Positions 1-10,714 of a stretch of 64,000 nt of DNA are shown here, piece after piece. The notes beneath the pieces are model-generated. The model made no database searches and had not been told where the DNA came from. It worked only from the letters and a program-made list of their open reading frames with translations. The stretch lies in NCBI GenBank assembly GCA_001662655.1, contig KV460282.1; one strand, written 5' to 3'. Each line of letters opens with the position of its first letter. The stretch's first letter is position 1. The translations under genes were made by a program, and so were the position numbers. This DNA comes from Pseudogymnoascus verrucosus (Eukaryota).

Positions 1-392
1 TCTACTTAAGGCAGAAGTTAAGGCTCTACAAGCAGCAAATGAACAGAAAAAGAGGAGGGAAAGGAAGCGTAAGAGGCGTATAATGCAAGGGGGAACCCTC
101 TCCGTACGAGATGCAGAGGATATCCTTCAAAGTGCTGAGGTTGATGCTCAAGTCCGTACGGAGGTGGCAAGTAGGACTACTCAGCAGGTGGGTTCTATAG
201 GCCGACAGAAGCGCTGCGGCTTATGTGGTATTATGGGCCATAACTCCCGTACGTGCGAGAGGCCCAAGGATTCAATTACGATCGAATAAGGGTTATTATG
301 TAGGGTGGTGGTGTAGTAGTAGGCAGTAATAGTCAATTTTGGTGTTTTGGTGGGCCACTCGTTCGGGTGGGCCACTCGTACGGGAAATACGT
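1..392 (+). mobile_element. 3' end of a pogo/Fot1-type (Tc1-mariner superfamily) DNA transposon
   Basis: A transposase C-terminus is followed by a terminus ending ...CGGGAAATACGT (392) and then TA (393-394, the expected TA target site). The terminus has an internal direct sub-repeat GGTGGGCCACTCGT at 349-362 and 366-379. Confidence 0.85.
2..289 (+). CDS. Transposase C-terminal fragment with CCHC zinc knuckle (5' truncated by window edge)
   Basis: The frame is open from base 2: LLKAEVKALQAANEQKKRRERKRKRRIMQGGTLSV...KRCGLCGIMGHNSRTC. This coiled-coil/basic/Cx2Cx4Hx4C tail is typical of fungal Fot1/Pot-like transposases. Confidence 0.8.
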   Translation, partial: LLKAEVKALQAANEQKKRRERKRKRRIMQGGTLSVRDAEDILQSAEVDAQVRTEVASRTTQQVGSIGRQKRCGLCGIMGHNSRTCERPKDSITIE

Positions 393-409
393 TATAGCTA
401 GCCAATTAA

Positions 410-855
410 ATTACGCTTATGGGCGAAAATACCCCAGTTCATGCAACCTTTTATTTTAGGAAGTTGTACAAATTTGTAAGCTTACGCCCACTTGTAGGCA
501 CTAGTGTCGTCGCTGTGTAGCTTTAGACGTTAAACCCATATCTCTTAAACCCATATCTCTTAAACCCGTATCTCTTAAGCACGTGCTTATAGGGGCCCAT
601 TAATCGTACTTAGCCCTAGGTAGAGTGTACACTTTCTATAAAGGGAGTACACTTGCCATTTATAGAAACCTAGGTCTACCGTTAAAATGTTTTAAACTAT
701 AGTAGATTACTCTGCATAGTAGTTAGGGCATCTATCTTATGTACACTAACTTTAAAGAGGCGTTGTACGTAGGGTCTAGAATCGATAAGGTACTTAAAGA
801 ATAGGCACATAATGTTAGAGCTAATACTATACCGCATTGCGTCAGCCTAACATAA
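410..855 (+). repeat. Dispersed ~430-bp repeat, copy A
   Basis: Aligns by eye along its length to ~11818-12288, e.g. GTTCATGCAACCTTTTATTTTAGGAAGTTGTACAAATTT and AACTTTAAAGAGGCGTTGTACGTAGGG. Differences are mostly transitions plus small indels. Confidence 0.9.
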
Positions 856-1623
856 TGCAACTCTTTAGTGATCTCTAGCTAGACGTTCCAAATCGGTAAC
901 CTAGCTAGAGATGAGGCGAGAAGGGGCTGTCGAAGAATCAGGAGGCGGTTAAAGCTGGCCCGCAGCCTCGTGCTGATAGATCCAGGCGACTCAAAGGGCC
1001 AGGCTCTGCACCGTCTCTCTATCCGCATCACTCTTTCAGTTTTCATCGCGATGATTACGATATGGGAGCGGTCTGAGCTCGCCTCGCTACGGCTGAGGGA
1101 CGACCATTCCGCTGCGGGGTCTGCTAGCTGTGCTCTGCGCGTAGGTTGCGCTGCATCCCATACCGGGTACAGCATATCCACGGATCCGCCTGTTCGCTTC
1201 ACTCACAGTCGGAGGAAGCAAGTGCGTCGCCTCACGACAAAAGAAAGTAAGCACATTTACATAGTAAATTGTATGTAAAGATACATAGAGGCCACTACTA
1301 CCACTGCTACCACAATTTCAAAAGCTCTCGAGTGTTATCTTTGTTCTCAGTTTGTTACGCAAATTTTAATTTGCACCGTTCATGTAATCCCTCCCCCTCC
1401 ACTTGAATCGATAGGATCTTGTGCAGGTCCAGTCTCGACATCACGTGAGGTCGTATCTTCGCTCAAGCTCTCTCTTATCCCCAGGCTGCCTCAAGCCTCT
1501 CTTCTGCCACGGCGTCATTCTAAACACGAAATCAACATGGGACCCTGAATATGAATACATCCAGCAAAAAGCCAAGTAGATGCTAAGTCTAACGCGTTAC
1601 ATTCGCTCAACTATCATTGATCA

Positions 1624-4246
1624 TCAATCTTCCTTGACCGCCGGGACCTTTCTGCTGGCCAAAGTTTCCTCTCTCCACGCCCACATAGCCGTCATCGCAG
1701 CTCCCGGGCCAACGACAGCCGTCAGCCCAGCAAAAGTTCCAACAATCCTCCCCCAGCCGGCCGACAGTTTCCCGGCCCTTTTAAGGTCGCGGAAGCTCAG
1801 CATCGTCCAGATAGCCCCCGCACTAGATGCACAGATCTGATCGTACCTGAAGGTCTTCGCAAGACTTTGCATGACGGACACGGCAGCTGATGGATTCCTG
1901 ATACCGCTGAAGAAAACTTCCGTTGCTGGAACTGGGGACCTAAGGCGGACGTATAAGAACGCACAAGCGGCGGCTATTCCGGCAAAACGATAAATTCGGC
2001 GGAGGTGTGGCATATCTGCTTCAGGGTTGTTGATGCGATCTTCGTCAGTGGTGTCCTTGACGAACCTGCTGAGGACGTGTTGGAGGATGGAAGCGTAAAT
2101 TGGAAATGGCTGCCAGAATATGCCGTTGATCCATTGGCGGGTGAAAAGAGTTGTGGCTGCAAACATTCCGATGGTTGGGAGGACATATGACAGGAGGATT
2201 GTGGGAATGATCGTTTTGACAGGGCCCATCTGGGTGAGTCTGTTGTCCGCTGCATGATAGTTCTCGAGCGGGGACTGGACGTAGTGGAGGAAGAAGTAGA
2301 TTGGCGCAACGTAGCCGATTCCTTTGAGTTGGTAAAGAATTCCAAAAATCGTTGGCCTATCCTTGGTAAGTGATGGTTTTTTTTACGAGATATGTTTACT
2401 TACAATAGGTTAGAGGCCGTGAGAAAGTTGCCACGTCTAATCGACTCAATCATGAATATAGATTGGATTGGGATGAGGTCCCCCAGGAGTGATATCATCT
2501 GCATCCGGCTGGCAGGGTCTTGTCCCCCAATCGATGGAGTGAAAGCTGCAACATAGATACCAATGAGGTCATCAATACTCTTGATTCTGAAATAGCTGGT
2601 GACCAAAGACGCCACTTTCCCACCGCCGAGAGCGATCTCTCCCGTTGTGAGCGCACTCTCAAGTATTGGAAGGGCATTTTCTAAAGCCGGGCCCATTGTC
2701 TTTCCGCAACCATAGAAGATGGCAAGAAGGGGAAGAGCATATAGTGCTCGGATCAATTTGCTTTCGTGCTTTCCGACACCCATCTCGGGATTCCAGGGCA
2801 TTGTCGCTGTAAGGGACTTTGGCGGATGGGGCAGGCGCTCTAGAATTTCTGCTCCAACCATCGAATCACATGTAATATCAGCGAGGAAATCACCCAAAGT
2901 CGGTATAAGGTGAAGCGCAAAAATATTATGCGGCAGAGTTGCTAATGCTTCGATTCGGGTTAAGTCATTGGCTGATTTACAGATGGCGTTTGCACGTTCG
3001 TGTCGCTTCTGGTAAAATTCTTTCAGCACCTTTCGAACCTCATCCAACGAAGGATTTGGACCGAGTCTTGACATGCTGTTAGCCAGTGCTGCTGCACTCT
3101 CAACTGCCGCATTGCCTCCAGCCCCCAAGTTGGGTGTCATCTGTTTCGGATTAGTTTGGTGAAACTTGAGCTTTGAAATCAGCCTACCTTGTGTATAGAA
3201 TCCCCCAAACACACAAATCTATCTGAGGTCCAGTGCTCATTCGTAGATTCTTCAACGCAGCTCATGCTTGCGAATGTCCGCTTCTCCCACACCATTTTAA
3301 ATGTGATTGTGTCAGTCATGTAGATGTTAAAGAATGGCCTTACAGCTTCTTCTATGTCGGCCTTTGTGTACCGTGGTATATCCTTGCCGTGATATCTTTT
3401 GTCCATCTTTGAAAACAAAAAGAAGTATACAATTCCACCTTTCCCAATGAAGGAGAGGGTTGAATGGCCCTTGGAGTAAGACCTATGCGAATCTCCTGGG
3501 TGGACAACTCCTTCAACGGAGTCTCCAAGCCCAAAAATGCAATTATATTCCGCAGAGATACTGTTTTTGTCGTTCATTGTGGCGCCAGGGCTTGTTATCT
3601 CGATATGCTGCTGCATCAAAGTTCTCACTGCACTGTGTATTCCATCCGCGCCAACAATGATATCTCCCTGGTAGTTCGTTCCATCTTGGCAGTGTACGAC
3701 AACGCCGGAGTCGTTGTGGTCCACTTTGCATACCCGCTTTAAGGTGTGAACCTTGGACTTGTCCGGGATGTGCTTATAGAGAACCTTCAGCAGATCGCGG
3801 CGCTGTAAGAATGCGACGGGGTATCCCGTTCTGAGTTATAATATCAGCATGTTATATTGTGTTATACTTCCTATCCAAACGCACCTAACTCTAGTCAGAA
3901 GAGGCGAGTTGCTATCCACAACCAGTTTTCCGTCGCCAGTCCAGCTCAGTCCATTCTCTAGCGGCTCTACCATGGCAAGTATGTCATCGAATATGCCCAG
4001 CTGATCGAGGATTCTCGCACCATTGGGAAGAATGGCGATTGATGCGCCCACTTGGGGTGCAATCTCATCACGCGCCTCGAGAACAACGTAGTCGATATTA
4101 CTATGGTGAAGAGCGTGCGCCAGCGTCAGGCCAGCAACAGAGCCTCCAGCGATAATCACCCGCAGGCGGTCCTTCTTTCCCTGAGTTGAAGAGATAGTTC
4201 TAGAGGTTAACATGTTATCCTCGGCTATGCATCTAACGGAAGCCAT
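1624..4246 (-). CDS. FAD-dependent monooxygenase (PaxM/CtvC-like epoxidase type) fused to a C-terminal multi-pass membrane domain (CtvD/AurD-like); ~824 aa, 4 exons
   Basis: Exons 4246-3885, 3830-3188, 3140-2404 and 2356-1624 join in frame through GT-AG introns (2475 nt). FAD motifs: [41 protein letters not shown]. The C-terminal half is hydrophobic, with IESIRRGN...[20 protein letters not shown] and WQPFPIY. Confidence 0.85.
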
Positions 4247-4544
4247 GGTGGGGAAATTACTATATCAAATAACAAACTTGGACACAGATTCACTGCTTTG
4301 TTGGAAATGTGAACACTCTTTGGATTGAAAACAAAACGAAAATAGTATAGTCAAACCCAACTGAGACGATGCTCAATTAACCGATATTGAGAATATGGAC
4401 TAAGTTACGAAATAATTCTTTGCGACACGGTTGATGGGTAGGTGTCGATGTATCCTCAGGAAAACTACAATTTTACGGCCTTCGTGTTTTGTGCAATTAC
4501 TATAAGCTACAGATATATCCTATTAGGTGGATGGTAACTCTACA

Positions 4545-4622
4545 TTACCCGAGTTTCCATTTATGGCAAGTGTACTCCCTTTTATGGAAAGCGTACTTTG
4601 TACTGGCGCGAAATGCAATAAA
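4545..4622 (-). repeat. Short inverted partial copy of the ~430-bp repeat, carrying two CArG boxes
   Basis: GTTTCCATTTATGGCAAGTGTACTCCCTTTTATGGAAAG is the near reverse complement of TTTCTATAAAGGGAGTACACTTGCCATTTATGGAAAC (~12066-12102). CCATTTATGG is at 4557-4566 and CCTTTTATGG at 4578-4587. Confidence 0.8.
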
Positions 4623-5308
4623 CTGCTGTGACGTACAAGAAAGCTATCTCTCTAAGTACTAATCTTATACATCCACCCGAACGAAATACATACAAGTAGG
4701 ATGCGACGATGCCGCCAGGGTGCTAACCGTCGGCTCTAAAATTGGAGCCATTTGTGGGGCGACATCAATGTGGCTTTTGTCAGACGGTGGAGTAGAAACA
4801 CAATCCCTGAAAATTGGAGATGCTACCATGCTAGGATTTTGGCCGGCTATCGCTCTGACTGGTAGCTGTGTCGCCCCACTGCGAGTCGACCGTGACTGTA
4901 CATTGTCTGTGCGCCGAGAAGGCCCTTCATTAGGAGCTTGTATCGAGTATACAAGCTTGTATCGTGTGAGATATTCTGAGAGTTGTGCATTTGGAAGCTG
5001 CCTTCCATTGGTGGAGAAAGGAATAGTGGACGACAGCCGCAAATAAGTGCTTCTGCTTCATACACAGACATTGCAGATGCCGGAGGCACGGAGGAGACCA
5101 AAAAGCAGCACTGTGGTTAGGAAATCCTGACGTAAGTGGCCTCCTAAACTCTTTTCAATATAAGTGTGCGTTCCCACCTATCCAGGGTCGACATTCTACT
5201 TTACACAGCTAAATTCAAACTCATCTGCTTTAACAAACGACTAATTAACTTTCATTGACTCTTATAGCGTCTCATCCTTATCATAAAACCCACCAAGATA
5301 CAACAGAA

Positions 5309-6364
5309 ATGGTTCAGCGCGTCCTGCTCACAGGCGCCAATGGCTTTATTGGCAGCCACATCCTCTCCGTTCTCCTCTCAAAGGGTTTCTCAGTACGAAG
5401 CGTTGTGCGCTCCCAGGCCAAACTTGATCAAATGCGCAAAGACTTTCCCGACTACAGCAATTCTCAACTCGACTTCGCTCTGGTGCCAAACATCACCGCT
5501 CCAGGGGCGTATGAAAAGGCAGTGATGTCCACTCCGCCATTTGACACCGTCATCCACGCTGCCTCGCCCTTCTTGTACCGCATTGTCAACGACAATAGCG
5601 AGTTCTTGGTCCCTGCGTTGAATGGGACAAAGGAGATCCTCAAGGCTGTGAAGGCACTTGCCCCAAGCGTCACGAGGGTAATCATCACTGGAAGCTGTGC
5701 AGCAGTTGTTGATCATTCAAGCGAGACTGCCAAACCCGCAACTGCAGAATCCAAGAAGTATACCGAAGACGACTGGAATCCTGATTCCTGGGAGACGGCA
5801 ATGGCGGGCACCCTGAACGTGGCATATCGCGCGAGTAAGACGTTCGCTGAGAAAGCAGCATGGGACTTTCTGGAGACAGAGAAGCCTAACTTCGATCTCG
5901 TCGTACTGAACCCCCCCATGGTGTATGGCCCAATCAGACATTCTGTTCCAAGCCCAAAGGAACTTAATGAGAGCACAGCAAGGATATATACCCTCTTCAT
6001 TGAAGCAAAGGCTGATGACGAGCTTCCACCAAATGGTATGCCATCTTATGTTGATGTAAGAGATCTAGCAGACGCGCACTGTCTCGCTGCTACAACTCCC
6101 GCTGCGTCAAACACCCGCATGATCATCTGCGGTGGGCGGGCTTCCAGTCAGGACATCAGCGACGCGTTGCGCGAGAATATCCCTGAGCTTCGGGCAAGGA
6201 CGCCAAAGGGTCTTCCTGGTGGAAACCCATTGGCAAAGAACGCATATTCCTGCAGCAGTGAGAGGGCGCAGAAGGTATTGGGGTTGAAGTTTAGGAGCAG
6301 AGAGGAGACTTTTGTCGGTTTGGCTAGGCAGCTGTTGGATCTTGAGGCGAAGAGTGCGGCCTGA
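5309..6364 (+). CDS. NAD(P)H-dependent ketoreductase/aldehyde reductase (extended SDR, Gre2/dihydroflavonol reductase-like)
   Basis: Intronless ORF from ATG 5309. Rossmann motif VLLTGANGFIG, VIHAASP, catalytic YRASK, LNPPMVYGP and YVDVRDLADAH. Confidence 0.9.
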   Translation: MVQRVLLTGANGFIGSHILSVLLSKGFSVRSVVRSQAKLDQMRKDFPDYSNSQLDFALVPNITAPGAYEKAVMSTPPFDTVIHAASPFLYRIVNDNSEFLVPALNGTKEILKAVKALAPSVTRVIITGSCAAVVDHSSETAKPATAESKKYTEDDWNPDSWETAMAGTLNVAYRASKTFAEKAAWDFLETEKPNFDLVVLNPPMVYGPIRHSVPSPKELNESTARIYTLFIEAKADDELPPNGMPSYVDVRDLADAHCLAATTPAASNTRMIICGGRASSQDISDALRENIPELRARTPKGLPGGNPLAKNAYSCSSERAQKVLGLKFRSREETFVGLARQLLDLEAKSAA

Positions 6365-6951
6365 ATAGTTATACCAACTTGAATTTAAATATAATTTATA
6401 GGTTACATACAGGGTATTAGATGACGTATCCTATGCCAACCGTAAGAAATAATACTGTTTTATAGGCATGAGCTCTAAAGTGGCCCCTATGCTACCTATA
6501 AGACGAAAAGGTTTGTGGCAGTTCTTAGGTTACCGCTCAGTTGCAATGCGTCACGGAGGCTCTAATAAAATAGTCAGCTCATAGCCCTGTGATGATTGCT
6601 GAGGAGCAGCGAATTGTTACATCGAGAACGTCAGGCAGGTAGTAAAAACCGATGCTATTCCCGCTATATCTATAGGACTGGGTTGCATTCGCATTCGTGA
6701 ATCTGTTATAGGGATCCGTGAATGGGTGGCGACTGCCGTATGCGATGGCAGCTTCGTGGTCCAACTCCATCATCCACCGATCTCGCACGTCGGTGCTCAA
6801 TCCGTCAACTTTCGCAACCGGATTACGGATGTCCCTAGACGCTTGCTCCCTTTTCTGTGGATTACTTCAGTGAAGCTGGCGAACTATTTCAGCTACACTG
6901 CATATTTGTTGTCAATTGGCCGCCTCTGCCGACTTCCCGATTGGGAAGTCA

Positions 6952-7244
6952 TGTGATCGGCGAGTGATGCAGCTGCCATAAACTGGAGCCAATTGAAGAG
7001 CCTTCAGCACTAGGAACTGGAAAACTGGAATCAGAGTAGAGTAGCTAAACCAGTAGGCCAAAGGGGTTGGCAGCCCCAGAGTAATAGGGGCGATCACCCC
7101 GAAGAGCTGACGAGCCCCCCCGAAGCTCGGCGCTCAATAGGAGCTCGGGCAGGCCTATATAAGGCTCTACGTAGGCAGTAGGTAATTAGTTAGTTCAATT
7201 GAGTCTACTATACTATATAATGTGTTATATACTGTACGATTACA
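6952..7244 (+). mobile_element. Candidate solo LTR (~293 bp)
   Basis: Starts TGTGATCG and ends CGATTACA (TG...CA with 7/8 inverted match). It has an internal TATATAAG and an AT-rich 3' part. The flanks (AGTCA/GCCCA) do not form a clean TSD. Confidence 0.5.
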
Positions 7245-8385
7245 GCCCATTCCGCCTGTGCTCAAAGCGCACGGTCAATCGTCCAACAATATTAGCTAGG
7301 TAAAACAGTGGGATGGGGGATTATGATGTGACGGATTTAAGATTTGTAGAACGCAGCCAATGCCTTGATATCCCTGATGAGGAACGCAATTTTATTCCAC
7401 GCATTCTTAACAAATGATAAGCATCACATCTGGAGCACTCAAGGAGACAACCCACAGTCAGATCTCGAAATTTGGATCTAATCTATTAAACAAGTAAGCG
7501 GCAACAATTCGGTTTAATTGAGTTGAGGAAGGTTCAGTGACATATCATGTCCACGAGAGAGTCGCGTTCTTGAGCAATGGGAACCAACTGTCATAGTAAG
7601 TCAGCTCGACCTTGATAAAGGCGTGGGTGATTTTGAGCGCACATCAGATAGGTTGCGGTCATCAAAATTTGATTCGATACACATCGCGGAAGCCCATGTC
7701 CGACCCCACACGCCCGCCAGAGTCAGCCAGACGTGGAAATGGGTTTCTTATAGGCAGAATTGTTGTTAATGAGTAAACCGTGAATACGGCACAAATTTAC
7801 CTAATTTCCCATTCCCGGGCCTCATTCCTCTAACCATGTTCATCCAATCCTCTCGAACCTTTGCGGCTATATCTTGCTAACACTAGCTCATTGAATGCTA
7901 ACGCCTCGGCCGTAGGAACCCTCGGATGACACACAAGGGACTTCTAAGTGCCGTTCTAAATCATGTATATCTCCACCTGTGTATGTGCCTGGCTTGCTTG
8001 GTGCTGACGTTGCTGACTCTCAAACTCAAATAGATCGACGATGCTGATCTCGGTGGAAAATCCGAGCTAGTCACAGAGTAGGAGTGCCAAGGCTCGCTAT
8101 CCTGACCGGGGTGTGGTGATCGCTGGTGGCAGCCATGGCGCCACGGCTCTTATCACCAGGCAAAGAGTGAGAATTTAACCATTTCGCTCTCGAACGGCCC
8201 TTTTATCATATCCGCAAGCCGAGACTAGGTTGATTTATATTAATAAGGCAATCTGCATGCGTGGGAATCGTGAGTCTTACGCCGTATATGTTGTATCTCT
8301 GCTCAATACGGGAAACTAGGGAGCCTTGATGTATCTTCATAGAATCGCTATCTCACTGCATCATTGCCTACTACCTTGTAGTAAC

Positions 8386-9432
8386 TTACAGCCTTGAATA
8401 TGCCCTATCTAAAGCCACCTTACACCCTTCCCTCAGCTCTCGAACAATATCCCCAGCCGCCTTCACCTCCTTCAACAGGCCAACTCCAGAACCTGCCCAA
8501 ATAGCCGCTCGCCGCTCGCCTCCAAAGCCCTTATCTAGACCAGTGACCGCGTCTGCATGCCTCCTCCTCAACTCCTCTATTCCCACGCCATCTAGATAAT
8601 CATTATAACTTGAGTTCGCCAGAGCTCGGCCATCATAGCCAGCAGGCCAGATACTCTTACCTAGCAACTCGTCGAAGATAGTGGCACGAACTGTGCTTAT
8701 GCCACCATCCGCAGCCTCAAGGACCGCCTGCTGATACTCCTTAGATGAAAGATCCACTTCTCGACTAGCCAGGAATACCGTTCCCAACAACACGCCCTCT
8801 GCGCCACATGCCAGCGCTGCGGCCACTCCCCTTCCCTCGCTGATGCCTCCGGCGCCAAGAATGGGAATGTTCGGGAACCCAGCCGTATCCAAGGCGTCAC
8901 GTGTTTCGGGCACTAGGCTCACAAGCCCTGCACCAGGTGAGCCACCGTGCCCACCTGCATCCGCGGCTTGCAAGACCAAGACGTCGGGAGAACAGAGCTG
9001 AGCTACTTCTACCGCAGCAGCAACACCCGCGATCTGGATCCAGATACGTGATTCTGGGGACGCGGCATGCATTGCTTTTATCCAGAAGGCAAAGTCCTGC
9101 GGCTCTGGCGGGCACGAGAGCAGGATGGTGGCGGGACGGTGGTGCGCCACAACGGCTGCTGCATCCTCGACCTTGGCTGCGAAGATCAGGAACCCGACGC
9201 CAATGGGTAGGGTCGGTCCTGTGGTGCTGATATGCGAGCCGGCTAGGACGGATGTGGCCTCCTCAAGTTGCGTAGATAATATCCCCATATCGACCGCGGC
9301 GCCAATAAAACCTAGTCCTCCTGCTATTGTCACAGCTGTGGCGAGACGAGATCCGGCAAAGCCGGCCATTGGCGCATTCGCGATCAGAGGCCGAGAGGTC
9401 CAGGGGTAATGAGTGTAGATTGAAGATGGCAT
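8386..9432 (-). CDS. Nitronate monooxygenase / 2-nitropropane dioxygenase family FMN enzyme
   Basis: Intronless, ATG at 9432. Family motifs PLIANAPMAG, GGLGFIG, VLVLQAADAGGHG, PILGAGGISEGRGVAAALACGAEGVLLGTVFL and WAGSGVG. Confidence 0.9.
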   Translation of the reverse strand: MPSSIYTHYPWTSRPLIANAPMAGFAGSRLATAVTIAGGLGFIGAAVDMGILSTQLEEATSVLAGSHISTTGPTLPIGVGFLIFAAKVEDAAAVVAHHRPATILLSCPPEPQDFAFWIKAMHAASPESRIWIQIAGVAAAVEVAQLCSPDVLVLQAADAGGHGGSPGAGLVSLVPETRDALDTAGFPNIPILGAGGISEGRGVAAALACGAEGVLLGTVFLASREVDLSSKEYQQAVLEAADGGISTVRATIFDELLGKSIWPAGYDGRALANSSYNDYLDGVGIEELRRRHADAVTGLDKGFGGERRAAIWAGSGVGLLKEVKAAGDIVRELREGCKVALDRAYSRL

Positions 9433-9970
9433 TCTGGACAATCGCGGCTGGCGAAAGGCCTATGAGGGCGAGGGACGATCAAAGATGGTTGAGCAGTGAT
9501 ATGCTTTGTCGACCTCTATAAAAAAATCCTAGTATGGAAGGTGCAAAACGACGATTCTGATTTTGTTTGCTCCCTAGATAAAGCAAATAAACGAGTAGCA
9601 CCTGCGCTTATTAAGAGTGAGATATCGGCATAATTGGTAAGCGTCAGAAGTTGAAATGAAAATGTTTGTGAATAAGTTACATAAACTTGGCTGATACAAT
9701 CGCCGTAGATAGCTGGAAAAAATATAGCTTAACTTAACCCAATTTGGTGATAATATTCGCCTCCGATCGCAGGATAATTTCATGGTGTACTATCTGGGAT
9801 ATATCTAGCCACGCTGTATCAAGCTTGGCAATACATGGAAACGGGGTCTTTTGATCTACCTTGCATAGTATTTTAAATTGTTTAGTCTGCATTTTATATT
9901 GGTCAAATGTTTCCACAAATTGTCCAGCTAGCAGGAGTAGCGCCTCGGCGACCTTTTATAAAGAACAATA

Positions 9971-10714
9971 TTACCACACACGGTCTCTAATCCATTCCCT
10001 GATCCCGTCATCATTTTCCCCAATAGCCTCTCTGGCTTCTAAAAATGGCTGAAAAATTTCCCTCACAATAACCTCCGGATCCGACTTGGTGAGCCACCCC
10101 CCTCCTTCTTTTGGAATTATAGGATGAACCACCAAAGGTTGCCCCACCAAAATACTATACTCTCTAATTAAAACCTGCGAGAACTGCTGTGTCAAATTCT
10201 GCGATGCAGACTTTGTTGCTGATAGTGACGAATACGACGGAATTGGATTCTTATCTAATATGCCTCCCGTTACGAGAAATAGCGGGTACTCCCCTCCTGA
10301 GATATAGTCTTTGTTCGCGTGCTTGGAAAACCACTGACCAGCAATCAGGACCCCTATAGCGGCAATCTGAAAGTCGGCTGTGAAAGCTTCAGGAGTAAGA
10401 CTCATAAGGTCGGATTCTGCGATGACAGCGGCATTATAGCAGAGGACATCGACTTTTCCTCCTAGTTGAGACGCCGCCCAATCGAGGGCTGACAGGAGTC
10501 TTGAGGGGCTTGATGCATCGGCCGTACGGGTGAGCACTTGAGGGGCCGAAGGATAGATGTTTGCGGTTTCGGTGGCATAGGTTTGGAGTTTGTGCTCGGT
10601 GCGAGATATGAGGACGATTCGCCAGTTTTGGCTCGCAAGGTATTGGCAGAGAGAGCGGGATATGAATGGGCCGGCCCCCACAATGATTATACTGCGGTTG
10701 GATTTGAGTGGCAT
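9971..10714 (-). CDS. Short-chain dehydrogenase/reductase (atypical, lacks catalytic Tyr)
   Basis: IIIVGAGPFISRS dinucleotide-binding start, VDVLCYNAA, FLVTGG, and SLSATKSA in place of YxxxK. Confidence 0.8.
   Translation of the reverse strand: MPLKSNRSIIIVGAGPFISRSLCQYLASQNWRIVLISRTEHKLQTYATETANIYPSAPQVLTRTADASSPSRLLSALDWAASQLGGKVDVLCYNAAVIAESDLMSLTPEAFTADFQIAAIGVLIAGQWFSKHANKDYISGGEYPLFLVTGGILDKNPIPSYSSLSATKSASQNLTQQFSQVLIREYSILVGQPLVVHPIIPKEGGGWLTKSDPEVIVREIFQPFLEAREAIGENDDGIREWIRDRVW

Noticed and set aside
879..1278. Overlapping ~100-aa ORFs on both strands
   Set aside because: Non-ATG starts and no recognisable motifs. Possibly a gene relic, but unsupported.
4665..5101. Short ORFs in the monooxygenase/ketoreductase divergent spacer
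   Set aside because: No recognisable domain and no coherent exon chain. A decayed gene cannot be excluded.
9971..10714. Horizontal transfer of the intronless SDR and NMO genes from bacteria
   Set aside because: Lack of introns alone is not evidence, since several core genes here are intronless too. A phylogeny would be needed.
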